64,000 bases of DNA from assembly GCA_964475405.1 (NCBI GenBank), contig CAYYWX010000001.1, forward strand, positions 6,333 to 70,332, read 5' to 3'. The position numbers were made by a program, and so were the translations under genes. The DNA comes from an uncultured Verrucomicrobiota bacterium. GTDB lineage: Bacteria > Verrucomicrobiota > Kiritimatiellia > JAAZAB01. Under the pieces are notes generated by a model. The model worked only from the letters and a program-made list of their open reading frames with translations. It did not search any database and was not told where the DNA came from. Positions 43,194 through 51,994 of this stretch are shown here, piece after piece. Position 1 is the first letter of the stretch; each line of letters starts with the position of its first letter.

Positions 43194-44291
43194 ATGATGC
43201 TCATGAACCCGATCACAAGCACGTATGACGCGCAACGGATACTGACCGCCTTGAAGGTTGAGCGCGTAATGATCTGGAAGCCCGGCCGGGAGTGGACCTA
43301 TTCCCACCACGCGCACATCGTTTTCTTCAAGGAAATGTTTTACGCGATCTGGTCCAATGGAAGGAAAGATGAGGACGCTCCCGGCCAGAGGATCATGATC
43401 AGCAGTTCCAGGGATTTTATCTCGTGGTCAATTCCCAAGCCGCTGGTTGATTCATTACCCGGCAAGGGGAGCACGGAGTTTGTCCTGACCGCGGCCGGCT
43501 TCCATCAATACGCCGGGACGCTGGCGGCTTATTTCGGGCAATACGAGGAAGACAAATCCGAAACCTGCCTTCGGGCCGTGACGACAACCGACGGCGCGGC
43601 CTGGAGCCCGATCCGGGAAATGAATATTCCCGTGAACCCTAATCACGGTCCGCAGCCGACCCGGACCGGGCGGCTGATCATCGCCGGCAATATTTCCTTC
43701 CCCTGCACGGACGATCCGGCCGGATTAAATGGCTGGAAAATGAGCGGGGTTTTTCCCCCGCAAATGGCGGGGATGAGCGACAACCCCGCGAGTTTCTGGG
43801 AGGTCAAGCAAAAGATGAACTGGCCCGTGGCCCTGTGTGAAGGGGCGTTCTATCAAACCGACGACGGCATAATCCATATGCTCCTCCGCGCCACCGGCCC
43901 GGGTTATCGCGGCCGGCTCTGGGTGACGGAAAGCCGTGACGACGGGACGACCTGGGGCGCCCCGCTGGAAACGCAGTTCGGGGATGCGGATACGAAATTC
44001 CATTTCGGGCGTTTGCCCGACAAGCGTTTTTATTACGTCGGATGTCCTGATCCCAATAGCGCCGGGAAACGCTCGCCGCTCATCCTTTCCATTTCGGAAG
44101 ACGGACACATTTTTGACCGGCATTTCCGGATAGCGGACGAGCCTTATGTGATGCGTTTTCCGGGACGATGGAAGGGCGGAGAATACGGTTATCCGCATAC
44201 GATGGTCCGGAACGGACATCTGTATGTGATTGTCTCACGCCAGAAGGAAGCCGTGGAAGTCATCCGCCTCTCGCTTGACCAGGTTATCTGA
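43194..44291 (+). CDS. BNR/Asp-box beta-propeller protein, exo-alpha-sialidase (GH33)-like
   Basis: Two Asp-box motifs S/T-x-D-x-G-x-x-W (TTTDGAAWSP and SRDDGTTWGAP) in a ~360-aa beta-rich protein. Sialidase activity is not provable from sequence. Confidence 0.55.
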   Translation: MMLMNPITSTYDAQRILTALKVERVMIWKPGREWTYSHHAHIVFFKEMFYAIWSNGRKDEDAPGQRIMISSSRDFISWSIPKPLVDSLPGKGSTEFVLTAAGFHQYAGTLAAYFGQYEEDKSETCLRAVTTTDGAAWSPIREMNIPVNPNHGPQPTRTGRLIIAGNISFPCTDDPAGLNGWKMSGVFPPQMAGMSDNPASFWEVKQKMNWPVALCEGAFYQTDDGIIHMLLRATGPGYRGRLWVTESRDDGTTWGAPLETQFGDADTKFHFGRLPDKRFYYVGCPDPNSAGKRSPLILSISEDGHIFDRHFRIADEPYVMRFPGRWKGGEYGYPHTMVRNGHLYVIVSRQKEAVEVIRLSLDQVI

Positions 44292-44443
44292 CCAGGATAT
44301 ATCTCACCGCGGAGGCGCTGAGGTCGCAGAGAATAACATTTTTGGAAGTCGTAATAAAAACTCTCTTCAAACTCTGCGTTCGCCTCGGCAAGGTCCGTGG
44401 CAGAACTGGGTGAGTATCGCGCCCGGGGGGTTGCGGGGCATTC

Positions 44444-45682
44444 TTATTCTGCCTTCAACTCATAAGGGGAAACTGAACTACGGGCGGCAATCACCACCAA
44501 CGCGGCGGGGATGAGCCAGATCTGGGCTACCTGAACAATATTGTCGGGATAATCGCCCAGGCCATAGATGTGGATGAACAAAAGCATAAGGGCAATCGTG
44601 CCCGGCAAAAGACGTTCGTCCAATGTCCGCCCGGCCCATATCCTGCGCAAGAGCCCAATTGCCAGCAAGAGCCAGGCAAGGGCATAAAGGCAGAAACCCG
44701 TCAATCCATATTCAAAAAGCAACTTGAGCCAATACTGGTGACAATGCGGGAAATGAAAACTGGCCCGCGGCGGTTGGGAGGCGTAATAGTTCATTTCAAA
44801 ATTGCCCTTGCCGTAGCCGTAACCGAACCATTTTTTCTCCTTAACAAGCTCCCAGGTATGCTTCCAGACCTTGTCCCGCTCGCTGAATCCGCTCATGGTT
44901 TTCTTTTCCGCGAAGCGCGGGTTGATGCGGTGGAAGTTGATCAAAAGGACGGCGCCCAGGACGATAATCGCCGCCACCCAGGCAAACTTGAGTTTCCATC
45001 CGGGTAAAAGCAAGCCGCTGAAGGCAAATGCCAGCGCGAACGCTATTTGCGGACCGCGCGAAGCGGCGATCACCAGATACGCCAGGCAGACAAGGCCACC
45101 CGCCAGGCAACCCAGGGCCGGCCACAAAGATTTGCGGTTTTCCCAAATAAAATACAGGAAAACAAAAAACGAAAGGCCTGCCATCATGCTGGCGACATTG
45201 GAATGATTGAGGATGAAAGGCCTGAATGAATGCGCCTTGGCGAATATGGCGGGGCCGAGATAATAAGTCATCCGGACCAGATCGTATCCCAGGACCAGCG
45301 CAATACCGACCGCGCTGTAAAAAAGAGCCCGGGCGATTTTTTTATCGGTGTTGAAAATGACCGGGATGGCAAACGCGCCCGCCAATATCTCGATCATGCC
45401 CTCGGTGTCATGGATGGACATCTCCGGCGAAATGGAAAAAGGGAGCGTGAATAAATGATAAACGAGGAGAATGACGAACGCCACCCCGGCCGGCTGTCGC
45501 CAGGCCGCCTTCCCGCGATAAGCGAAAAAGAGCGCGCCCAAGGACGCGCCGAAAACAATCACATCCTGGACGGCAGTGGCCGAGAATTTCCAGATGATGA
45601 CGCCCATGGCCGCGCCGGCGATAAAACGGACCCAGCTCCTTGCAGAAAGAGCGGCGCTAATCTGTTTTACTTTTTCAAACAT
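44444..45682 (-). CDS. O-antigen ligase/polymerase-like (Wzy_C) polytopic membrane protein; AT-richer than flanks
   Basis: About 10-12 TM helices with a large loop, as in O-antigen ligase-like proteins. GC is lower than in neighbouring genes. Confidence 0.5.
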   Translation of the reverse strand: MFEKVKQISAALSARSWVRFIAGAAMGVIIWKFSATAVQDVIVFGASLGALFFAYRGKAAWRQPAGVAFVILLVYHLFTLPFSISPEMSIHDTEGMIEILAGAFAIPVIFNTDKKIARALFYSAVGIALVLGYDLVRMTYYLGPAIFAKAHSFRPFILNHSNVASMMAGLSFFVFLYFIWENRKSLWPALGCLAGGLVCLAYLVIAASRGPQIAFALAFAFSGLLLPGWKLKFAWVAAIIVLGAVLLINFHRINPRFAEKKTMSGFSERDKVWKHTWELVKEKKWFGYGYGKGNFEMNYYASQPPRASFHFPHCHQYWLKLLFEYGLTGFCLYALAWLLLAIGLLRRIWAGRTLDERLLPGTIALMLLFIHIYGLGDYPDNIVQVAQIWLIPAALVVIAARSSVSPYELKAE

Positions 45683-45766
45683 ACATATTTTTATTCATAT
45701 TTGGAGGGCCACGTTTCATCGTGGCCGTTCTTGACTTTAAATCATTAGTCCATATAAATGCCGTTC

Positions 45767-46693
45767 TTATCTTTCCCTGGCAATAATATATTCCACAATC
45801 TCCTTCAGCGGCTCAATATTTCCATTCAAGGGCGCCAGAGATTCAACCGCCTCCCCGGCCAGGCGGCGCGTCATCTTCCGCGCCTTTTCCAGGCCATAAA
45901 CCGCCACGTAAGTCATCTTGCCGCGCGCCCGGTCGCTGCCGGCGGCCTTGCCGAGCGCCTTCGGCGTTGAGGTCTCATTAAGGATATCATCGGCGATTTG
46001 AAACGCCAGGCCCGCCCTTTCGCCGTAGTCGCCCAGCGCCGCCAATTCCTTTTTGCCGGCCCCGGCGCAGATGCCGCCAATGCGCGCGGCGGCCTTTATA
46101 AGACAGGCTGTTTTATGCAGGTGAATATATTTCACCACGGCCGCGTTCGGTTTTTTTCCTTCGCAGGAAAGATCCTCAACCTGGCCCGCGACCACGCCCA
46201 GGCTTCCGGCGGCGCGCGCCAGTTCCAGGATCAGGTCGGTTGTCTTGTGCGGCGGGAGCGGCGTTGCCGCCGCCATCCATTCAAAGGCGAGCGTCAGGAG
46301 GGCATCGCCGGCAAGGACGGCGTTCGCCTCGCCGAAAGCAACGTGACAGGTCGGCTTGCCCCGGCGCAGGTCGTCATCATCCATGCAGGGCAGGTCGTCA
46401 TGGATAAGCGTGTAAGTATGCAGAACTTCCATGGCCAGGGCGGGAACAAGGGCGTATTTTTCCTTCCCCGGTCCTCCAACCGCCCCGGCGGCGGCCAAGC
46501 AAAGAATTGGCCGGAGGCGCTTCCCGCCGGCCATGACGCTGTAACGCATGGCGCGGTGCAGGATGGCCGGCCGGCTGTTTGCCGCCGGCAAAGAACGCTC
46601 CAAAGCTGCGTTGACCAGCCTGGTTTTTGCTTTTAAATATTGCTGGAGATCGAACATGGGGTCCAAAATGGTCTTATCCACTAATAAAATCAA
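45767..46693 (-). CDS. ispA: Polyprenyl diphosphate synthase (farnesyl/geranylgeranyl diphosphate synthase, IspA-like)
   Basis: First aspartate-rich motif LIHDDLPCMDDDDLRRG and second motif FQIADDILN, with the KT/chain-length-determination region upstream of motif 1. Confidence 0.85.
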   Translation of the reverse strand: MILLVDKTILDPMFDLQQYLKAKTRLVNAALERSLPAANSRPAILHRAMRYSVMAGGKRLRPILCLAAAGAVGGPGKEKYALVPALAMEVLHTYTLIHDDLPCMDDDDLRRGKPTCHVAFGEANAVLAGDALLTLAFEWMAAATPLPPHKTTDLILELARAAGSLGVVAGQVEDLSCEGKKPNAAVVKYIHLHKTACLIKAAARIGGICAGAGKKELAALGDYGERAGLAFQIADDILNETSTPKALGKAAGSDRARGKMTYVAVYGLEKARKMTRRLAGEAVESLAPLNGNIEPLKEIVEYIIARER

Positions 46694-46919
46694 CCACGGA
46701 TTACACTGATTTCACGGATACACTCAACCTTCCGTTTTCCTGAAAAAACCTTGCATGCATGTTATGCAGTTTTGTTTATCATTCAGCAAGATAGTCATCA
46801 ATATATATCATGCCGGGTAATTATCAAGGTTTGACATTCTTTTTGTCTCCGCTTAATATACTGATAAATTTGTAACAATCTTCATCTGGTTTTCCAGTTT
46901 GAGTTTGTTCCAATAAACT

Positions 46920-47318
46920 ATGTTCTGCATTGAAATGAAGATTAGAAAAAAACTGTTCTTGGTCATGGTGGTTGGTATCCTTCTCTGTTCAGTGGCGATG
47001 AACGTTTGGCAATACATCCGCATGAAACCATTGCGAGAATCAGTTACGCACGATCTTATCATTCTGCGTTCATCGCCTATGCTTGAAATTCTGAGTGAGA
47101 CGAATGGGGTATCTTTTTCAGAGCAGAAAATTAATGCCCTCCGGTCTGGTGTGTGGGCAATCTTCAAATTCAGCGCAAAAGAAAGAGAAACTTATCGCTT
47201 TCTCGGACTTGTTAAGGACAACGAGAACGAGAATGAGATCGACAGACTGGTGAGAGAAACAAGAGAGAAGCACAACCGGCTTCAACCTACGCCACTACAC
47301 GGCGCGCCTGAGCCGTGA
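46920..47318 (+). CDS. Hypothetical small membrane-anchored protein in an AT-rich island
   Basis: One N-terminal TM (KKLFLVMVVGILLCSVAM) and a charged C-terminus. Markedly lower GC than the genome. Confidence 0.35.
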   Translation: MFCIEMKIRKKLFLVMVVGILLCSVAMNVWQYIRMKPLRESVTHDLIILRSSPMLEILSETNGVSFSEQKINALRSGVWAIFKFSAKERETYRFLGLVKDNENENEIDRLVRETREKHNRLQPTPLHGAPEP

Positions 47319-47331
47319 CGTGGACCATGAT

Positions 47332-47847
47332 ATGAAGAGACTACACATAGTCTTGGCGCTTATTGTTATTTCCACAACATCGTGTGACAGGCGCTATCTG
47401 AATATAGATTTTTTCGTCCCAACACTCGATTCTGTTCGGCGTGAATATCCGGAACTTCTCATTTCAACAAATGGATTTACGGGAATATCCGGGGATTATG
47501 ATATCAATTATGAGATGTTCAGCTATCGAGCCGACCAAAACATAGACAACATTCTGGATTATTACGTTGGTATTACTAACTGGGCTCTAGTTGAGCGCAC
47601 AACGAATGTCATCGTGCTCGCTAACATCTCGCCAAATAGCCGGGGGATAACCCAAGCATGGATCGGATCAGCAATAAATCGCCGCATTGTCATAGCTTTA
47701 CTCTCGCGATCTATCCCAAAAGGTACAAAACGACTGGAGGACACCAAGTGGAAGCCGCTAGCAGATCGTATAAAGTCCGAATTTCTTGCCGAAATGAATA
47801 AGGAGATGGTCCAACAAAGCGCCGCACCACTACCTCGTGCCCCGTAA
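47332..47847 (+). CDS. Hypothetical lipoprotein in an AT-rich island
   Basis: Signal peptide with lipobox-like LIVISTTSC. The track start (GTG at 47320) was moved to the in-frame ATG. Low GC. Confidence 0.4.
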   Translation: MKRLHIVLALIVISTTSCDRRYLNIDFFVPTLDSVRREYPELLISTNGFTGISGDYDINYEMFSYRADQNIDNILDYYVGITNWALVERTTNVIVLANISPNSRGITQAWIGSAINRRIVIALLSRSIPKGTKRLEDTKWKPLADRIKSEFLAEMNKEMVQQSAAPLPRAP

Positions 47848-47947
47848 CGGGTCACTCGGGGGTGAGCGCTAACGTTGGCCATAACAAAAAAAGAATTGAC
47901 GGTATGTACAGACTTCCGTACGCTCTTGTACAGAATGGAGCTGTAAT

Positions 47948-48187
47948 ATGACAACCGTAACCTTGACCGAATTCAGGAGCCATGCATCCGGCATGCTGAA
48001 CCGAGTAGAAAATGGAGAGACACTGCTGGTCCTTCGACATGGACGACCTATCGCGGAGGTGACGCCCGTTGCAAATCAAAATAACGGGCAACCTTCGTGG
48101 AAAAAGCCAGGCCTGCGCCTTTCGACCAAAGGCATTAGCCTTTCTGCGGCCATCTTGGCGGAGCGAGACCATGAAAGCATATCTTGA
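47948..48187 (+). CDS. Type II antitoxin, Phd/YefM family
   Basis: MTTVTLTEFRSHASGMLNRVENGETLLVLRHGRPIAEVTPV is the canonical Phd/YefM N-terminus. It overlaps the downstream PIN gene start by 17 nt. Confidence 0.75.
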   Translation: MTTVTLTEFRSHASGMLNRVENGETLLVLRHGRPIAEVTPVANQNNGQPSWKKPGLRLSTKGISLSAAILAERDHESIS

Positions 48188-48584
48188 TTCATCCGCCTTT
48201 GCAAAACGCTTCATAGAAGAGAGCGGAAGCGATGCAGTCGAATCCATCTGTGCCAAGGCCTTGGAACTTGGACTAAGCATCCTCTGCGTGCCCGAGATCA
48301 TCTCGGCACTTAGCCGTCGCCTACGCGAACATACGCTGACGCACGCCCAGTACAATGAGGCAAAACGTCGATTGCTGGATGATGTCCGGGACGCAGACAT
48401 CATAACGCTGACGCCCTCGGTAATTGGTTCAGCCATCATGATCATCGAGGCAAGCCCTGTCAGAGCGATGGACGCGCTGCACATAGCCTGTGCGCTTGAG
48501 TGGGGCGCAGAACTGTTTGCATCATCCGACAAGCAGCAACTGAGCGCAGCAAAACGAGCGGGCCTGAAAACACAGCAGACATGA
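48171..48584 (+). CDS. vapC: PIN-domain toxin VapC
   Basis: MKAYLDSSAFAKRFIEE...DALHIACALEWGAELFASSD carries the PIN acidic tetrad positions. The track ORF starts upstream at 48069, but the Met at 48171 pairs with the antitoxin stop. Confidence 0.75.
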   Translation: MKAYLDSSAFAKRFIEESGSDAVESICAKALELGLSILCVPEIISALSRRLREHTLTHAQYNEAKRRLLDDVRDADIITLTPSVIGSAIMIIEASPVRAMDALHIACALEWGAELFASSDKQQLSAAKRAGLKTQQT

Positions 48585-48619
48585 ATGACCGTTCGCAAAA
48601 GGACATAAAGAGGACAAAC

Positions 48620-49960
48620 ATGAACCTGAAAGCTGGATTCGCCGAGGTCGAGATCAACCCGCAAACATTCCCCGCCCGGACCTACTGGGGGCCAGTCGAC
48701 ACCGTCATTGACCCTCTCTTTGCCCATGCCGCCGTGTTCCACGATGGAGCGAGCACCATCGCGTTTCTGTCTCTCGATGTCGTCATTGTCGAACGTGAAT
48801 ACGTTCTGGCGATTCGGGAACAGGTCAGCCGTGCATGTCCGATTTCCCCTGAATGCATCATGATCTGTGCGACCCATAACCATGCGTGTCCCGCCGTTGT
48901 CGAACGCCCATGGTCAGAAAAGGATCGCGAGTACCTGCGGCACATGGTCGAACAGGCGGTTGCGGCGATCATCAAAGCTTTCCATGCAATGGTTCCCGTT
49001 GAGATCGGGACGGGCGCCTGTTACGAGGGGCGGGTGTCGTTCAATCGCCGATTCATCATGAAAAACGGTTCGGTGATTTCACAGCCATCTTTCAATATCG
49101 TAGATAGAGATGTGCTGTTTGGCGAAGGAACCATTGATCCGCAAGTCGGCGTACTGTGCGCAAGAGACAGCAACCGAAGAATCGTGGGGATACTCGTCAA
49201 TTTTGCCTGCCACGCCACGCACCTTATGGGCAGCCTGTCCGCCGGTTTCCCCGGAGTGTTGTCTGATCGTCTCAAGAAAACGTATGGCGAGAACTCTATT
49301 TGTGTATTCCTCAATGGCGCATGTGGCAACGTCATCCACATGAATTATGCCGACCCTGGATGCGAAGACACGAAGGACAGGATCGGTTCAGTTCTTGCCG
49401 ATGATGTCATCCGTATTGTGGAAGGCATCACGTATTCCGGGCAAGCCAGGATTGCGGCGGCCTCAACCAGCGTTGCCATCCCTTACAGAGAGATAGATGG
49501 GCTTGAGCAGAACTTGGACAACTTGACTTCCTTCAACGTCTTTAAAGGACTGATTGAAAGAGGCTGGTACCAGTGGTCGCTGGACAAGCTGAAAGCCCTG
49601 CACTCGAAGAGCGACCATGAGAATGCCGAGATCCAGGTATTGATGATTGGCGACACTGTTTTCGGTGCAGTACCAGCCGAATACTTCTCGCAACATTCCC
49701 TGCGCATCAAGGAACAGAGCCCGGTTAAAGATACCTTTGTGGTGTCATTGGCAAACGGTTGGCTGGGTTATATCCCCCACAGGGAGGCCTTTAACCGCAT
49801 CGGCGGTCACGAGAGCACTTGGTGTATCTCAAGCAAGATGGAACCCGGAGCGGGAGACCGCATGGCAGATGCCATGTTGGAAATTATCAGAAAGCTTTCG
49901 ATCGGAGACCGTGCGACACCGACCAAGCGGAATGCGAAAGCCCCTCGAGACAACGCTTGA
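48620..49960 (+). CDS. Neutral/alkaline ceramidase-like hydrolase (N-terminal ceramidase domain family)
   Basis: Family-like features include ICATHNHACP and NFACHATH histidine clusters and the EVEINPQTFPARTYWGP N-terminus, resembling bacterial neutral ceramidase-like proteins. AAAGAGGA RBS. Tentative. Confidence 0.45.
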   Translation: MNLKAGFAEVEINPQTFPARTYWGPVDTVIDPLFAHAAVFHDGASTIAFLSLDVVIVEREYVLAIREQVSRACPISPECIMICATHNHACPAVVERPWSEKDREYLRHMVEQAVAAIIKAFHAMVPVEIGTGACYEGRVSFNRRFIMKNGSVISQPSFNIVDRDVLFGEGTIDPQVGVLCARDSNRRIVGILVNFACHATHLMGSLSAGFPGVLSDRLKKTYGENSICVFLNGACGNVIHMNYADPGCEDTKDRIGSVLADDVIRIVEGITYSGQARIAAASTSVAIPYREIDGLEQNLDNLTSFNVFKGLIERGWYQWSLDKLKALHSKSDHENAEIQVLMIGDTVFGAVPAEYFSQHSLRIKEQSPVKDTFVVSLANGWLGYIPHREAFNRIGGHESTWCISSKMEPGAGDRMADAMLEIIRKLSIGDRATPTKRNAKAPRDNA

Positions 49961-49975
49961 TAGCGCGCCTCATGA

Positions 49976-51862
49976 ATGAGTTGTGCTTCATGGCGGATGC
50001 AAGATGATATGAAATCAAAATCCGGTCAAATTCCATCGCAAGCCGTGGAAGGGGCCTTCGGGCGGATTTTCACCGACAAAAAAACCTACCGTCCGCTGGA
50101 TACCGTCACGGTCCATATCCGGGGCCGCGACCGGGGGGATAAAAAGTGCACCGTTCGCGTGTGCGATCCCGGCCAACGCCAATATTTTGAGTCCGGGGCG
50201 GCATTAAATAACAACCGCGGCAGCATATCATTCCGCGCGGGATTGACGCTCGGCGCGCACTATGTTTACCTGGTCTGGCCCGGTGAAAAATGGCACAGCA
50301 GATACGTCAACTTCCGGCTGGACTGCGGGACGGGCATTGAGTCCGGGGACCCGGACTTTGACGGCATCTACCCCTTCACGCGCGAGGCGATGCTTCTCGG
50401 CCGGCGCGAATATGAAACCCCCGCCGGAAAGTTCGTTGGATACATCTCGGCCGATACGTGGCATTTTGACGGCATCTGGCTTCGGGACTGGATTTATGGC
50501 CTGAGCGCGTACCGGTATTGGGAAACGGAAATGACCTGCGGGCTTGACCGTTTCCTGGAAAAACAATCCGCAAACGGCATGGCGCCGGACGGCATAGAAC
50601 GCAATGGCCGCACCTGGCGCGTGGGGCTGGAATCCGATGTGGAATACATCATGGCGCTCGGCGTCTGGCGAACGTGGCAGGCCACCGGCGACGACCGCTG
50701 GATGGCCGCCGCCTTGCCGCGCCTTGAAAAGGCGCTGGCCTATATCCGCAACGACCCGAAACACTGGGACAAGAAACATAAACTCGTCAAGCGCCAGCAC
50801 AGTTGCGACACGTGGGATTTTGACATTGACGGCGCATCCGACCGGGGCAAGGCGCGGCATGTAATCGCCACCTGCGACCAGGGCGGATATTTCCTCGCCT
50901 TCCGGGCCATGAGCCAAATGTATGCGCGCCTCGGCAAGACAAGAGAGGCAAAACGCTGGGCGAAGGAGGCGGACGCATACCGGCGGAGAGCGAATCAATT
51001 GCTTTGGGACGGCGGCAAGTTCCTGCACCACTTTCACCTGGACAAGATCAGTCATGGCGATTTTGACGAAGGCAACCAGCTCGCCATGGGCAACACCTGG
51101 GCAATGACGCGCGGCCTGGCCGCGCCGGCCCAGGCCAAAAGCATCATTGACGAATACCGCCGCCGCCATGCCGCAACGGGCGATGCTTATCCCTGGTGGA
51201 GTCTCCAGCCGGGATACCCGGATCACCTGGGCTACTTCCACCAGGAATACTGCCGCCAGGGCGGATACGCCAATGGCGGCTTGATGCCGTGGGTCGGCGG
51301 CGAACTATGCCGGGCGGCATTCCTTTTTGGAAGGGAAGAATACGGCGTTGAGCTCCTCCGCGCCTATGCAAAGCACCTGAAACGCACCGGCGGAGCCCAA
51401 GTCTGGTACTGGCCGAACGGCAAACCCGGGTTCCGAACCACAAACGAGGTCCCCTATGCCGGATGGGGCATGGCCGAATGGGTGAACGCGACCTTGGAAG
51501 GCCTGGCCGGCATCCAGGACGATAACGGCCAATTACGCGCCGTCACCCTGTCGCCAAACTGGGCGGTGATTCCGGCGAAAGATGTCCGGGTCAGCGTCCG
51601 TTATGCCGCCTCAAGGGCTTATTTTTCCTACCGGCTGCGCCTCGACGAATGCCGAAAAGAGATTCATCTGGACTGCACCGGTTCCGGGGAGCGCGTGAAA
51701 ATCAGGATCTTGCTGCCCAAGGGATGGAAACCAAGGGCCGCGAGCGATAACGGCAGACCTTGCGACTTCCGGGTGGATGAACAGGAAACAAGCCGGCGCG
51801 TGTGTTTATCAACGCGCTTGTCTGAGGTTCATTCCATATTGATTGCCTGTAAAAGTCGTTGA
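49976..51862 (+). CDS. Six-hairpin (alpha/alpha)6 glycoside-hydrolase-like protein with N-terminal beta-sandwich
   Basis: Trp-rich helical repeats (WHFDGIWLRDWIYGLSAYRYWE; GGYANGGLMPWVGGELCRAAF) typical of GH63/GH15/GH37-type toroids. Family unassigned and start uncertain. Confidence 0.5.
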   Translation: MSCASWRMQDDMKSKSGQIPSQAVEGAFGRIFTDKKTYRPLDTVTVHIRGRDRGDKKCTVRVCDPGQRQYFESGAALNNNRGSISFRAGLTLGAHYVYLVWPGEKWHSRYVNFRLDCGTGIESGDPDFDGIYPFTREAMLLGRREYETPAGKFVGYISADTWHFDGIWLRDWIYGLSAYRYWETEMTCGLDRFLEKQSANGMAPDGIERNGRTWRVGLESDVEYIMALGVWRTWQATGDDRWMAAALPRLEKALAYIRNDPKHWDKKHKLVKRQHSCDTWDFDIDGASDRGKARHVIATCDQGGYFLAFRAMSQMYARLGKTREAKRWAKEADAYRRRANQLLWDGGKFLHHFHLDKISHGDFDEGNQLAMGNTWAMTRGLAAPAQAKSIIDEYRRRHAATGDAYPWWSLQPGYPDHLGYFHQEYCRQGGYANGGLMPWVGGELCRAAFLFGREEYGVELLRAYAKHLKRTGGAQVWYWPNGKPGFRTTNEVPYAGWGMAEWVNATLEGLAGIQDDNGQLRAVTLSPNWAVIPAKDVRVSVRYAASRAYFSYRLRLDECRKEIHLDCTGSGERVKIRILLPKGWKPRAASDNGRPCDFRVDEQETSRRVCLSTRLSEVHSILIACKSR

Positions 51863-51994
51863 TGGAGGGATGGAGAAGCGCCATTCATTTGACGCTTTAC
51901 GCCATTGCCGATTTGCATATAATTCACGTTCGTTTGTAATTTTGGCCTGGTTGATTGCTAACAATTAAAATATGCCGGCATTGAAAGGAACAAA

